From NCBI GenBank assembly GCA_045046875.1, contig JASFYY010000095.1, positions 11,511 through 75,510 on the forward strand: 64,000 nt of DNA, given 5' to 3'. Source of the DNA: Verrucomicrobiota bacterium (GTDB lineage Bacteria; Verrucomicrobiota; Verrucomicrobiia; Verrucomicrobiales; DEV007). The position numbers and the translations under genes were made by a program. Positions 31,523 to 41,719 of the stretch are shown here, one piece after another; position 1 is the stretch's first letter; every line of letters starts with the position of its first letter. Under the pieces are notes generated by a model that saw nothing but the letters and a program-made list of their open reading frames with translations, did no database searches and was not told the origin of the DNA.

Positions 31523-32416
31523 TTACAAATTAAAACGCAGCACCACCGGCAAGTGGTCGGAGCTCGTTGAGCTCTCAATGGAATAACAATCCAGCACTTC
31601 AACACCTCGGGTGAAGATTCGATCCAAATGCAAAGCCGGATCATACCCCCCAACCCCCTTCAATCCTCGCATCCAAGCAAGTGCCGGCGACTTGCCTGGT
31701 GCCCGGTTGACCGCCTCATTCAATCCCACCTGCTGCGCTTTTTTTCGCAACAAATCCAGGCGCCGATCACTCCACACGTTAAAGTCCCCACAAACAATCG
31801 CCGCTCCATCACGCCCCTCAAGCGCATCAAAAATCTGATCAAGCTGCTTTGCATAAGTCTGGATGGTTACAAAATTCAGCCCATGACAATTAATAATCTG
31901 AAGTTTTTTGCCATCCGCCGAGATCAACTCTGTAAACACGGACACCTTGGGGGAAACAAAACCAAACTCACGCCCTGGCGAGAGCAACTGCCTTGCCTGA
32001 GCATCACCAGCGGCGAAACTCGAATCCCCAACCGTTAACAACCCCGTTGAGCGTTTGGAAAAAGAGTAACGCCAACTCGGACTGTAATGTCCTGACACCT
32101 TCTCACTATGCAGGTCTTTGATCAGCTCATAAGTGCTGGAACGCACCTCCTGCAGGCAAAGAATCACACCCGCTTGATCCGGAACGTCTTTTAGAATCTG
32201 CTGTACTTCTTTTATGAAGCCCTTGTCTTCGGACTTATGCACATTCCAACTCAATAAATAAGACGGCATTTTTTTTACCGACACCCCTCTCACAACCCCT
32301 TTTCGATTCCCTAATGGCTTCACTCCTCTGCTCGACTGGCAGCTCGTAGCGCTCAGCATCAACAGCAGACAAAGTCCCCAGCTAAAACTACGCGTTATTA
32401 AACACTCACATACCAT
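31523..32416 (-). CDS. endonuclease/exonuclease/phosphatase-family protein (probable lipoprotein)
   Basis: SWNVHK, CLQEV, CGDFN, LDRIF, SDHLPV. Confidence 0.88.
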   Translation of the reverse strand: MVCECLITRSFSWGLCLLLMLSATSCQSSRGVKPLGNRKGVVRGVSVKKMPSYLLSWNVHKSEDKGFIKEVQQILKDVPDQAGVILCLQEVRSSTYELIKDLHSEKVSGHYSPSWRYSFSKRSTGLLTVGDSSFAAGDAQARQLLSPGREFGFVSPKVSVFTELISADGKKLQIINCHGLNFVTIQTYAKQLDQIFDALEGRDGAAIVCGDFNVWSDRRLDLLRKKAQQVGLNEAVNRAPGKSPALAWMRGLKGVGGYDPALHLDRIFTRGVEVLDCYSIESSTSSDHLPVVLRFNL

Positions 32417-32483
32417 ACCTCAGTTTTTATTTGAGTTTCAACACCCTGGGCATTGATCTCTAGCCCATCTAAGACGTCTCCTC

Positions 32484-32512
32484 ATCCGTGTTTATCCGCG
32501 CCATCCGCAGTT
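32484..32512. repeat. ATCCGTG-variant periodic repeat
   Basis: ATCCGTGTTTATCCGCGCCATCCGCAGTT just past the hflX stop. Confidence 0.55.
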
Positions 32513-32520
32513 AAATTTTT

Positions 32521-33840
32521 TCACAAAGCACCTTCCAATTCAAACCCTTCAAAATGATGCAACTGCGCCCTCGGCACCATTGCCGTCAATAAGATATCGT
32601 TGCCCTCGTAATCCTGTTCCAAAATTTTCCCATCCCGATGCAGCAAAGCCATCAAATCCTGCCGGGCCTGGGGAATACGCAATTTCAACCGTGCCACCCG
32701 GTCGTGATTCAAGGCATTGATGCGCAAAACAAAATCCTCCACCCCCTCACCGTTGTGAACCGAAATAAAACACGCCTCCGGGTAAAGCCCTTTCAGTTCG
32801 TGTAAGCGCAGCAAACCTTCTTCCGAGGATTGCAGCAAGTCGATTTTATTAAAAACCAATAGCATCGGTTTATCCCCGGCCCCCAACTCGCTCAGCACGT
32901 CCAACGTGGTTTGATAAAAATCACCGACGTTCTCTGCCGAAGCATCCAACACATGAACCAGAAAATCCGCCAACACCGCCTCTTCCAAAGTCGCTTTAAA
33001 AGCTTCAATTAAACGGTGCGGGAGATTGCGCACAAAACCTACCGTATCCGTAAGCAATAAAGACTGACCATCTGGCAATTCAATTCTCCGCGTCGTCGGA
33101 TCCAGAGTGGCAAACAATTTATCCTCGACCAGAATGTCGGAATCCGCCAAACGATTGAGCAAGGATGACTTGCCCGCATTGGTGTAACCCACAATCGCTG
33201 CGTGCGGCAAGCCCTCGCGAGTTCGCTCCTTGCGCTGCGTCGCCCGTTGGGTGCGCACCGTATTCAATTCCTTTTCAACCATGTTGATCCGCTTCCTGGC
33301 CAAGCGCCGATCCACCTCGATCTGTTTCTCTCCCTCGCCACGCGCCGCAGCCGCGCCGCCCTTGCCCCCACCCGAACCTCCGCCCTGACGGTCAAGGTGA
33401 GTCCACATCCGCGCCAATCTCGGCAACGAATAACGCATCCGCGCCAACTGCACCTGCAAAGCCGCCTCCCGCGTCCGGGCACGCATCGCAAAAATATCTA
33501 AAATCACCTCCTCACGATCGAGCACACACACATCCGCCTCGGTTTCCCAAGTGCGTTGCTGTGAGGGACTCAATTCATTGTCGAAAACAACCGCGTCACA
33601 GTCGAGCTCCTTTGCCCGTTCCATCAACTCCAGCGCCTTTCCTGAGCCCGTCAGGTAGCGCTTGCTCTGATCCCTGATAAAAACCAAATTTGATTCGGCA
33701 ATGCCAATGCCCAGCGTGCGCACCAGCTCACCCAACTCCTCGAGCAAACTTGCCGCCTCGGCTTCATCCTTGCGGTCAAAATAGGCGCCTATCAAAAAGG
33801 CGCGCTCCACCATTTCCGGTTTTTCACGTATATCAAACAT
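32521..33840 (-). CDS. hflX: ribosome-splitting GTPase HflX
   Basis: GSGK, ELSPSQQR, GYTNAGKS, LFATLDPT, DTVGF, NKID. Confidence 0.96.
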   Translation of the reverse strand: MFDIREKPEMVERAFLIGAYFDRKDEAEAASLLEELGELVRTLGIGIAESNLVFIRDQSKRYLTGSGKALELMERAKELDCDAVVFDNELSPSQQRTWETEADVCVLDREEVILDIFAMRARTREAALQVQLARMRYSLPRLARMWTHLDRQGGGSGGGKGGAAAARGEGEKQIEVDRRLARKRINMVEKELNTVRTQRATQRKERTREGLPHAAIVGYTNAGKSSLLNRLADSDILVEDKLFATLDPTTRRIELPDGQSLLLTDTVGFVRNLPHRLIEAFKATLEEAVLADFLVHVLDASAENVGDFYQTTLDVLSELGAGDKPMLLVFNKIDLLQSSEEGLLRLHELKGLYPEACFISVHNGEGVEDFVLRINALNHDRVARLKLRIPQARQDLMALLHRDGKILEQDYEGNDILLTAMVPRAQLHHFEGFELEGAL

Positions 33841-33940
33841 ACACCAGCAGACTAGACCGAAGCCCGCCCTTTGCAAAGTCCGGCTTGGAAGAATTTCTCC
33901 ACACTTTACCTATCGCCAGTACGCGCTATAATGCGGAATC

Positions 33941-34441
33941 ATGGAATCTTTAAAACCAATCTTCTCTAGCCCCTTCTTCTGGGGTTTCGCGCTTGGCATG
34001 GTCTTTTTAGTGCTCTCCCTGTGGGCGCACTTCAAAACCAAAATTGAACTCAAACGCCTGCGTCGCAACTTGAGCGACAAAGTAGAGATCGAAGCCCAAC
34101 ACCTCGGCGAGCTGAAAAAGGAGAAAGACCAGCTCAAACAAGAAAACGAAAACCTGCGCATCAAAGTCAAAGGCAGCGGCGAGAATTCCGCCCAGACCCT
34201 CGAACGGGAATTGGAGATCTTCGCCCGTGCGGAAAAAAGCATGTATGTCACCGCACCTGGATTTTCAGCTGCCTGGGAAAACGCCAAACACGCTGCTCTG
34301 GAAGAAGTTGAGCAGGAAGAACAAGGCAAAAGCATTCCACGCAAATTGTTCCGCAAGTTTTTCTCAGCACCCAACAAAGGTGGCACCGAGCATCTTCTGT
34401 CGACTTCCGAAAGCAATCCGTCCGAGCAAAAAAGTTCCTAA
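33941..34441 (+). CDS. membrane-anchored coiled-coil hypothetical protein
   Basis: N-terminal TM helix followed by E/K-rich heptads. Confidence 0.7.
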   Translation: MESLKPIFSSPFFWGFALGMVFLVLSLWAHFKTKIELKRLRRNLSDKVEIEAQHLGELKKEKDQLKQENENLRIKVKGSGENSAQTLERELEIFARAEKSMYVTAPGFSAAWENAKHAALEEVEQEEQGKSIPRKLFRKFFSAPNKGGTEHLLSTSESNPSEQKSS

Positions 34442-34452
34442 CAGACCCAGCG

Positions 34453-35049
34453 ATGACTCTGACATTTCCCCAAGGCGATTTTGAAGCTTATATCTTCGAC
34501 TGCGATGGCACCCTGGTCGATTCCATGCCTTTACACTACCGCGCCTGGTCCGCATCGTTCATCCACCACGATGCTCCCTTCGAGTTTTCAGAAAAACGTT
34601 TTTACGCCTCTGCAGGTGTGCCTGATCGCGAAACGGTAGCCTCCCTCAATGCCCAACATGGCTGTGAGCTCGATGCTGACTCGATCCACGACCACAAACT
34701 GGAATACTTCTTCCAGCACATGCACGAACTAGAAGCCGTCCATGCTGTCGCAGATGTGCTACGATCCATCCACGGCAAGCTTCCCGTCTCCGTCGCTTCG
34801 GGTAGCGATATCACCCTGGTTGAGCCCTCTCTGAAAATAGTCGACTTAGATCACTTTTTCGAAATCATCGTCACCCCAGCCGATGTTGAACGAGGGAAAC
34901 CCGCCCCTGACATGTTTTTACTGGCAGCAGAAAAAATGGGCATCGCCCCGGAAAAATGTCTGGTCTTCGAAGATGGCCAGGCCGGCATCGACGCCGCCAA
35001 CGCCGCCGGCATGCAAAGCGTATTCGTCCCCAGCGGCCCCGCGCATTGA
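34453..35049 (+). CDS. HAD-family phosphatase (YqaB/beta-PGM-like)
   Basis: FDCDGTLVDS, GKPAPD, FEDGQAG. Confidence 0.9.
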   Translation: MTLTFPQGDFEAYIFDCDGTLVDSMPLHYRAWSASFIHHDAPFEFSEKRFYASAGVPDRETVASLNAQHGCELDADSIHDHKLEYFFQHMHELEAVHAVADVLRSIHGKLPVSVASGSDITLVEPSLKIVDLDHFFEIIVTPADVERGKPAPDMFLLAAEKMGIAPEKCLVFEDGQAGIDAANAAGMQSVFVPSGPAH

Positions 35050-35050
35050 T

Positions 35051-36274
35051 TCAAGGCAAACGCAACACCTCCACCTGCGCGCCCGCCTCCAGCACTTCCC
35101 CTGCATCCACTCGCAGCAACGCATCCGCACGGCTCAGGCCAAATATCGCATGCGAAGCCTGCATGCCCACCGGAGCAAACACCCCATCCTCTTCACTCAA
35201 ATTTCCACGTAAGTAGTGCGGGCGGCCGCCCTTGCTGTAATCAATTTTCTCTCCCAAACGACAGCTAACTTTTGGCAAAGGCAAAGCCTCCACTCTGTCA
35301 TCTACATAACCGGCCCTCTTACGCAAAGCCGCCGCCACAAATAACAAAAAGGTCGTATAAGCCGCCACCGGATTGCCCGGTAAACCAAATATCTGGGTAT
35401 CCCCGCGACGACCAAACAAAAATGGCTTGCCCGGTTTGATCCTCACCCGCCAGAAATCCGTCTCAACGCCCAGATCCGTCAGCCCCTGTTTGACCAAATC
35501 ATGCTCGCCCACCGAAACGCCACCGGCAATCAAGACCACATCATTTTCATCCAACGCACTGCGCAAGGTCTGCTCGAGAATTTCCTCATCATCGCGGGCA
35601 TGAAGCAGTTGAGCCTCACAACCCAATGTGCTTTTGACCAAAGCCGCCAACATCGGCGCATTGCTGTTATAAATATGCCCCTCACTTAAATCCGCGCCCG
35701 GCTCGATCAATTCATCCCCCGTCGTCACCACCGCCACCCGTGGCAAGGCATGAACCGACACCTCCGCCAGCCCTTGTGATGCCAACAAGCCGATCCTCCC
35801 TGGTGTGATTTCCTCTCCAATCGCAACAATTTTCTGCCCAATACACACATCCGCCCCGCGGCGGCGAATGAATTCCCCCACCTCATCCACCGCTTCGACC
35901 ACCTCAATCTGTCGCCTGCCATCTTGCCCTTCGATCACCGTCACGTCCTCCTGCATGATGACCGCATCCGCCCCCTTGGGCATCGGAGCTCCAGTAAAAA
36001 TCCGCAATACCTCCCCTTCCGCCACGTTCAAGCCCTGATCCGCCCCCGCCGCCTGCTCTCCAGTCACCAACAATCGCAAACCCGCCTCTTTTGCATCTTG
36101 ATAACGAAGCGCATAACCATCCATCGCCGAATTATCAAAACCCGGTAAATCCACCTGGGCAAAAACATCCGCTGCGGCCCGCCGCCCCAAGGCCTCAGAT
36201 AAAACACAATACTCTGCCCCCATCACTGGAGTCACTTGCAAAATTTTTTCCCGCGCTTCGCTTTCTTCAATCAT
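35051..36274 (-). CDS. moeA: molybdopterin molybdotransferase
   Basis: FDNSAMDGYA, IFTGAPMP, TGDEL, GGVSVG, KPGKP, GLPGNP. Confidence 0.95.
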   Translation of the reverse strand: MIEESEAREKILQVTPVMGAEYCVLSEALGRRAAADVFAQVDLPGFDNSAMDGYALRYQDAKEAGLRLLVTGEQAAGADQGLNVAEGEVLRIFTGAPMPKGADAVIMQEDVTVIEGQDGRRQIEVVEAVDEVGEFIRRRGADVCIGQKIVAIGEEITPGRIGLLASQGLAEVSVHALPRVAVVTTGDELIEPGADLSEGHIYNSNAPMLAALVKSTLGCEAQLLHARDDEEILEQTLRSALDENDVVLIAGGVSVGEHDLVKQGLTDLGVETDFWRVRIKPGKPFLFGRRGDTQIFGLPGNPVAAYTTFLLFVAAALRKRAGYVDDRVEALPLPKVSCRLGEKIDYSKGGRPHYLRGNLSEEDGVFAPVGMQASHAIFGLSRADALLRVDAGEVLEAGAQVEVLRLP

Positions 36275-36294
36275 TCTTCAACCACCTGAATTAT

Positions 36295-36813
36295 TTATTC
36301 CAATACCTGTTTTTTCTCCCCACCCGGAGTCTTCACCGTAGTGACATCTCCTTTTTTGTTCATCAATCCATGCAAAATCACCGAATCATCACGGTTCGGT
36401 GAACCTTTGACAATGTCGGCCACCACAAAGGCGCCTTTGCGCTCTGAGCTGACCTTGAGTTTCGCTGAAGGTCTACCGTTTGCATCATAAGTCATCCAAG
36501 TCGTGCCCGCCGCCACCATCGATCGACCACCCGACACCGACTTCACCAATACAAAACGCCCGCGGTCGTTCACCAGATGCACCACCCCCACCACCCGATT
36601 ACCCGGCACATTCTCATCAGCAGCCGAATCCGCTTTTTCCTCAGCCTCCTTCGCTTCCTTTTCAGCTTTATCTTTCCCACCAAACAACTGGGGAATCCTG
36701 GGCATTTTAAGCGCTGATAACTTCCCCCCCTTCAACCGACAGCTGGAAAAAAAGCACGTCGTCAACAAGACCCATACCAGCCAGTTGCAACAACGATACC
36801 CATCTCTCTTCAT
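36295..36813 (-). CDS. hypothetical lipoprotein
   Basis: Lipobox-like FSSC; co-oriented directly upstream of moeA. Confidence 0.6.
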   Translation of the reverse strand: MKRDGYRCCNWLVWVLLTTCFFSSCRLKGGKLSALKMPRIPQLFGGKDKAEKEAKEAEEKADSAADENVPGNRVVGVVHLVNDRGRFVLVKSVSGGRSMVAAGTTWMTYDANGRPSAKLKVSSERKGAFVVADIVKGSPNRDDSVILHGLMNKKGDVTTVKTPGGEKKQVLE

Positions 36814-36927
36814 CCGCCAAAATAGCCCGCCACCGCCAAATCGCAAGCCCCATCAGGCATCACCCAGACAAGAAGCAACGCCCGCCCAGCTACACAAGAT
36901 TAAAAACCGCTTTGGGTCTGACCCTTA

Positions 36928-37170
36928 ACTATACTGCGATATATCAGGCCTTATTCTACTGCCAAAAGATCATTCTGATGGCATCAGCCTGGCCCCTGCC
37001 CTGAAAGGAAAAGATCAACCGCGTCAGAAAGCACTTATTTTCCCAACAACATCGAACTCTACGACTTAGCGAATAATCCATATGAAAAAAATCTCGCTTA
37101 GCAACGCCCTGCCGAAGCAGCAAAATTAAAAATTGAATTAGCCGCACAGATGCGTGAGGAAGACGAGGGA
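36928..37170 (+). pseudogene. 3' remnant of a sulfatase gene
   Basis: DGISLAPALKG...ALIF, then after a shift/deletion IELYDLANNPYEKNLA*QRPAEAAKL; same motifs as the intact sulfatases in this window. Confidence 0.7.
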
Positions 37171-37397
37171 TCGAAACGTTTATTTTTCAAAAACAAGCTC
37201 GGATTAAATGACGTGGAGCCAAACGGCGATGACTCATCTCCAGCGCTGCGATTGTTTCAATTTCTGAACAAACGGCGGCGAAGGCGGGATCAACTCCAGT
37301 TGCGCCTACGCAAACGGTATTCATCATCCACAACCCGACAGCCATTGCTGTGCCTACGGTTGTTACCCCCAACCTTCGCAACTCGTTGATAATAAAA

Positions 37398-37488
37398 TGG
37401 CGGTGAGGGTGGGATTCGAACCCACGGTACCCTTTTGGGGTACGCATCTTTAGCAAAGATGTACTTTCGGCCACTCAGTCACCTCACC
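37398..37488 (-). tRNA. tRNA-Ser(GCT)
   Basis: GGTGAGG acceptor stem, anticodon arm CATCT-TTGCTAA-AGATG, long variable arm, GGTTCGAATCC T-loop, encoded CCA. Confidence 0.97.
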
Positions 37489-37684
37489 AAAATTTTGCTG
37501 AACCGGAACTCCGGCCTATGAGCTCCACGGCGGAAAGAAACACGCCTTGACCCTTTCGTCAAGCATTTCACATGATTCCATCACATTTGTTTTCCACAGC
37601 TTGGCAGGCTTGGCTTGATAAGCGGTTGCCTAGTCATTCTCTCCCCCTCTTAAATGAAAATCCCACCACTGAACAACTCAACAT

Positions 37685-39046
37685 CTATTCCCCATCCAAA
37701 AACTCTTCGGTCAATTCGATCACCTCTGGATTTGCCAGAATACCGACATGATCTGAATAAAAAGACTTAAACCGCACCGCCACGCTCATCACTGGAGCAA
37801 AAGTCTGACTCTCCACACTGACCGTGCCATCGTTCTCCTCCGGCAAGATCATCGACTTGGTATTTTTGGTGCCATACATCAGTAGGTGACTCACCTGCCC
37901 TTTCAAATCACGCGAATATAAGTCCTTCTGGAAATCACTGCCTGAAGCCATGTCCCGCCAGGAAGGAACCACCTCAGGAGCATGTTTGACCCCCATCGCC
38001 GCCGCTTCATGGCCTCCCCATGGTGTAGAAATTGTCACTATCTTAGTTATGTAACTATTTCCATCATCCAACACATTTTTTACTACAAATGACCGAGCAA
38101 CCATGCCTCCCATACTGTGGGCCACCACGTGCAACTGCTTGAAATTATAAAAATCATGCAAAGACTCCACTCCCCGGTTCAAAGCCCCACCCATCTCATC
38201 CAATCGGCGTCCGGTAGGATAATAATAAAACCACGGCTGGTATTTTTTTCGATCGATCTTGGCGAAAAAAGTCTTCCAATCCTGAGGTGAGCCCGCGGCT
38301 CCATAAACGAACAACACAGGTATACGGCTAGGGTCATATTCCTCCAAAAAATAAACCCCAATCCCAGAATCCACTGGAAAATCCACCGGTTGCCACAGAC
38401 CCTGCTCTCCGCGTTCGGATGAAAAGCGGGGATCACTCAAATCAGCAATATCACCCAAAGCCACTGGAATATTCAAGCGAGATATGATTTCCTGCCGTGT
38501 TCTTCCTGCCGCAAAACGCTTAACATCGGAAATCAGCCGTTTGGGAATAATGGTCGATTTGCTCAATTGACCCACCACCCGCGCTTTTTTTTCTATTTCA
38601 TCAAATTCTACCGGCACCGGATTTCCGCTTCCATCCGAGTGAATCCAAGCAGGCTCCCCTTTATCATACAAATCATTCCCATTACTATCCCCATAAGCCA
38701 TCACATACTGGTTCTCGGAGCCTCTCACAAAAAAACCAAAGGTTCCCACCGGGTTTTTGACTTTGGTGAAATCGCCGGAAAAAACCTCGCCCGATTTTTC
38801 ATCCCATTCGACCACCATCCCTCGAAGATTTTTCACCCCTTTGGCATTCGAAAGTTTAACGCTCAAAATGAAACTCTCATCCATGAAATCGAGGTTTCTA
38901 CCCAGAATTTTAAAATTTGCGCAACTTGAAACCTGCAGCAAAAGCGCCACCCCGATCAAAAGCCCCACACCAGATAAAGCGCTCCAGCTTACGCCGTAAC
39001 CCGATTCTTTTCCCCTCTGCTGCTTAGAAGCTTTTTGAATGCTCAT
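37685..39046 (-). CDS. lipase-like alpha/beta hydrolase lipoprotein
   Basis: VSSC lipobox, AHSMGG, STPWGG, NDGTV, catalytic H in DHVGIL. Confidence 0.8.
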   Translation of the reverse strand: MSIQKASKQQRGKESGYGVSWSALSGVGLLIGVALLLQVSSCANFKILGRNLDFMDESFILSVKLSNAKGVKNLRGMVVEWDEKSGEVFSGDFTKVKNPVGTFGFFVRGSENQYVMAYGDSNGNDLYDKGEPAWIHSDGSGNPVPVEFDEIEKKARVVGQLSKSTIIPKRLISDVKRFAAGRTRQEIISRLNIPVALGDIADLSDPRFSSERGEQGLWQPVDFPVDSGIGVYFLEEYDPSRIPVLFVYGAAGSPQDWKTFFAKIDRKKYQPWFYYYPTGRRLDEMGGALNRGVESLHDFYNFKQLHVVAHSMGGMVARSFVVKNVLDDGNSYITKIVTISTPWGGHEAAAMGVKHAPEVVPSWRDMASGSDFQKDLYSRDLKGQVSHLLMYGTKNTKSMILPEENDGTVSVESQTFAPVMSVAVRFKSFYSDHVGILANPEVIELTEEFLDGE

Positions 39047-39202
39047 GCTTGCTACCTATCCAAATTCCCCCGCTTGTGCAAGGATTGAATAGCTCAAAGT
39101 TCACGACGATTAAAAACCATCGAACAAGTTTCCAGCAGAAAAAAGCAATTTCCGCTCAATCGTTGAAATTGACCTCTACCGCGCGCTGCCCTAGTCTCAA
39201 AG

Positions 39203-40186
39203 ATGACCGAACCCGATAGCGCCACCTCTGACAGTCCCCGTCAGAAACAAACGCCCTACCGTGACGCCCGCTCAACTTACTCACAAGTTCTCCTGATACT
39301 CTACGTGCTTGCTTGGCCTGTCGTCATCCTGACGGCTCCGTTGTTCTGGCTATACAGCCCCCTGGCGGGCATCCTCTACGCCCTCACCCTCGGCCTTCAT
39401 ATTAATACCCAACTCGGCCTTTTTTATCATGAGTTGTGGCACAACGGCTTTTTCAAAAGCCCCCGACGCAATCGTTCTTTCTTTTGGCTCATCTCCTTCT
39501 ACCTCATCTCTAGCCCCCAATTTTACGGCATCGCCCATGCCACTCACCACAAGGAAGTGCACACCTTCGATGACTTGGAATTCTGGCCAGCCAAAAAAGT
39601 CCGCAGCAAGTTGCGCGCCCGCATAGCCCTTGTTTTTGAATTATTTTTCGGCATCATCGCCTGGCAAGTGCGGGTCGCTCCCGCAATTTACCAACACAAA
39701 AACTACAGCCGCCGAACCAGTGTGCTCTTCACCGGTGGCTGGATCATCATGTTCGCCGGACTGATGTCTGTTTCCCATCTGCTCTACGGTGAGTTTTTCT
39801 GGTACGCCGCCCTCGCCTACGGATTACACCTACTGCTCTTCGCCATTGCGCTACGCTTGTTACAATTTCTCGAACATCTGGGCATCACGGCTCCTGACCT
39901 CGATTACACAACCCGCGCCAATCTCACCCGCAATACCCGACGCCAGGGACTGCTCAACCAGATTTGGCACAAACTCACCCTCAACGAAACCGCTGAGCAC
40001 ACTCTCCACCACCTCCGCGCAGGCATTCCCTACCGCAGGTACATGCCCCTGCCGCCTCCTCCCCCCTCAGCTCCCGTGCGCCCCGTTTCCGTAGTCGACC
40101 TACCGCGCATCATCTGGAGCTATTGGCAGAATCCCCTGCGCGAGATCAGCTCCACATCACCCGATCTCGATGAAATCCCTCGCTGA
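39203..40186 (+). CDS. membrane fatty acid desaturase family protein
   Basis: His boxes HELWH, HATHH, HTLHH; TM segments. Confidence 0.85.
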   Translation: MTEPDSATSDSPRQKQTPYRDARSTYSQVLLILYVLAWPVVILTAPLFWLYSPLAGILYALTLGLHINTQLGLFYHELWHNGFFKSPRRNRSFFWLISFYLISSPQFYGIAHATHHKEVHTFDDLEFWPAKKVRSKLRARIALVFELFFGIIAWQVRVAPAIYQHKNYSRRTSVLFTGGWIIMFAGLMSVSHLLYGEFFWYAALAYGLHLLLFAIALRLLQFLEHLGITAPDLDYTTRANLTRNTRRQGLLNQIWHKLTLNETAEHTLHHLRAGIPYRRYMPLPPPPPSAPVRPVSVVDLPRIIWSYWQNPLREISSTSPDLDEIPR

Positions 40187-40226
40187 TTCCATCGGCTTGA
40201 TTGATGCCCCAATCAAAACGGGAACT

Positions 40227-41660
40227 CTAACCAGTAAACAAATACCAGAACTGGGCCACAAAAAAACAAATCACCAATCCCATCACCACCGGAAGCAAAG
40301 CAGCAACCGTCGTCCACTTCAGACTACCGGTTTCTTTGTAAATAGTAAAAATGGTTGTGGAACAAGGGTTGTGAACCAAGCTGAACAACATCAAATTTAT
40401 CGCCGTCAACAGAGTCCAACCTCCTGCCGCAAAGACCTTCAGATAAGCCTCGTCGTCGGTCAGCTCAAACATCACTCCGCTGCCTTCTCCCACCCCTGAT
40501 ATTTTTGCGCTGAGAATGGTCAGCATCAAAATGGTGGGGATGACAATTTCGTTCGCCGGTATGGCAATGATATACGCCAATAGAATGACCCCGTTCAAGC
40601 CGATCAACAGAGCAAAAGGGTTCATCCCATTGATCAAATGCTCGGCAATGCTCAAGTCACCCAGCGTCACATTTGCCAACAACCAGATGGCAGCGCCCGC
40701 CGGAACCGCAAACACAACCGCACGCCACAGCACCAACAAGGTCCGGTCTATAATCGAAGTATAAAGGGTCTTCCAAAATCTCGGCGGGCGATAAGGCGGC
40801 AACTCCAGACTGAATGTCGAAGGCTGCCCACGAAGAACGGTGCGTGACAGGCCCCAGGAAGTGACAAAAGTTAAAAAGACTCCAATCAAGGTGATCCCCA
40901 CCACCGCAGCAGCCGAAACCAAACCCGCAATCGCCGGAGGTGCCATGGCTCCGATAAATAACGAAGCAATCAAAATCTGGGTAGGCCAACGCCCGTTGCA
41001 CAGCGCAAAATTATTAGTGATAATGGCGATCAAGCGTTCCCGCGGACTGTCGATCACCCGGGTGGCAATGATGCCGGCAGCGTTGCAACCGTAACCCATA
41101 CTCATCGACAGTGCCTGCTTGCCATGCGCACCCGCCTTACGAAACATGTTGTCCAAATTAAAAGCCACCCGGGGCAAATATCCAAAGTCTTCCAACAAAG
41201 TGAATAACGGGAAAAATATCGCCATCGGCGGCAGCATCACCGCGACCACCCAGGCGGCAGCCAGATACACACCATCAATCAACAAGCCGTCCAACCACCA
41301 CGGCATATGCATGCCCGCCGCCACCCCTTTCAAAAACGGATGCCCCATATCAATCAACAAACTAGCCAACATAGCGGAAGGCACGTTCGCCCCGGCAATC
41401 GTCAGCCAGAAAACCACTGCCAAAATCAACAACATCACTGGAAAACCCGTCCAGCGGCTGGTCAGCAATCGATCCAAATTACGCTCCCAGTCAAATCGCG
41501 TGTGTTCGCCCTCACGAGTCACCACCCGATCCGCGATACGGGTAGCATCCGCGTATATGGATTCCATTAAAGTTTCGTGCAGATTTCCACCCACTTCCCA
41601 GCGCAAGGCGTTAGCACTTTCCAGGATCTCATCCACATTGTTGTGATTTTCCTCATCCAT
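40227..41660 (-). CDS. feoB: FeoB membrane domain (C-terminal half, separate gene)
   Basis: LEDFGYLPRVAF, GYGCNAA, LELPPYRPP, HNPCSTT. Confidence 0.9.
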   Translation of the reverse strand: MDEENHNNVDEILESANALRWEVGGNLHETLMESIYADATRIADRVVTREGEHTRFDWERNLDRLLTSRWTGFPVMLLILAVVFWLTIAGANVPSAMLASLLIDMGHPFLKGVAAGMHMPWWLDGLLIDGVYLAAAWVVAVMLPPMAIFFPLFTLLEDFGYLPRVAFNLDNMFRKAGAHGKQALSMSMGYGCNAAGIIATRVIDSPRERLIAIITNNFALCNGRWPTQILIASLFIGAMAPPAIAGLVSAAAVVGITLIGVFLTFVTSWGLSRTVLRGQPSTFSLELPPYRPPRFWKTLYTSIIDRTLLVLWRAVVFAVPAGAAIWLLANVTLGDLSIAEHLINGMNPFALLIGLNGVILLAYIIAIPANEIVIPTILMLTILSAKISGVGEGSGVMFELTDDEAYLKVFAAGGWTLLTAINLMLFSLVHNPCSTTIFTIYKETGSLKWTTVAALLPVVMGLVICFFVAQFWYLFTG

Positions 41661-41719
41661 GTCTCAAAAATTTCTTATTCTACAAACTCAAAATCTGCCC
41701 CGGCCAATCCCGGCAATCA

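Noticed and set aside
37187..37474. 95-aa ORF
   Set aside because: Overlaps the tRNA-Ser gene
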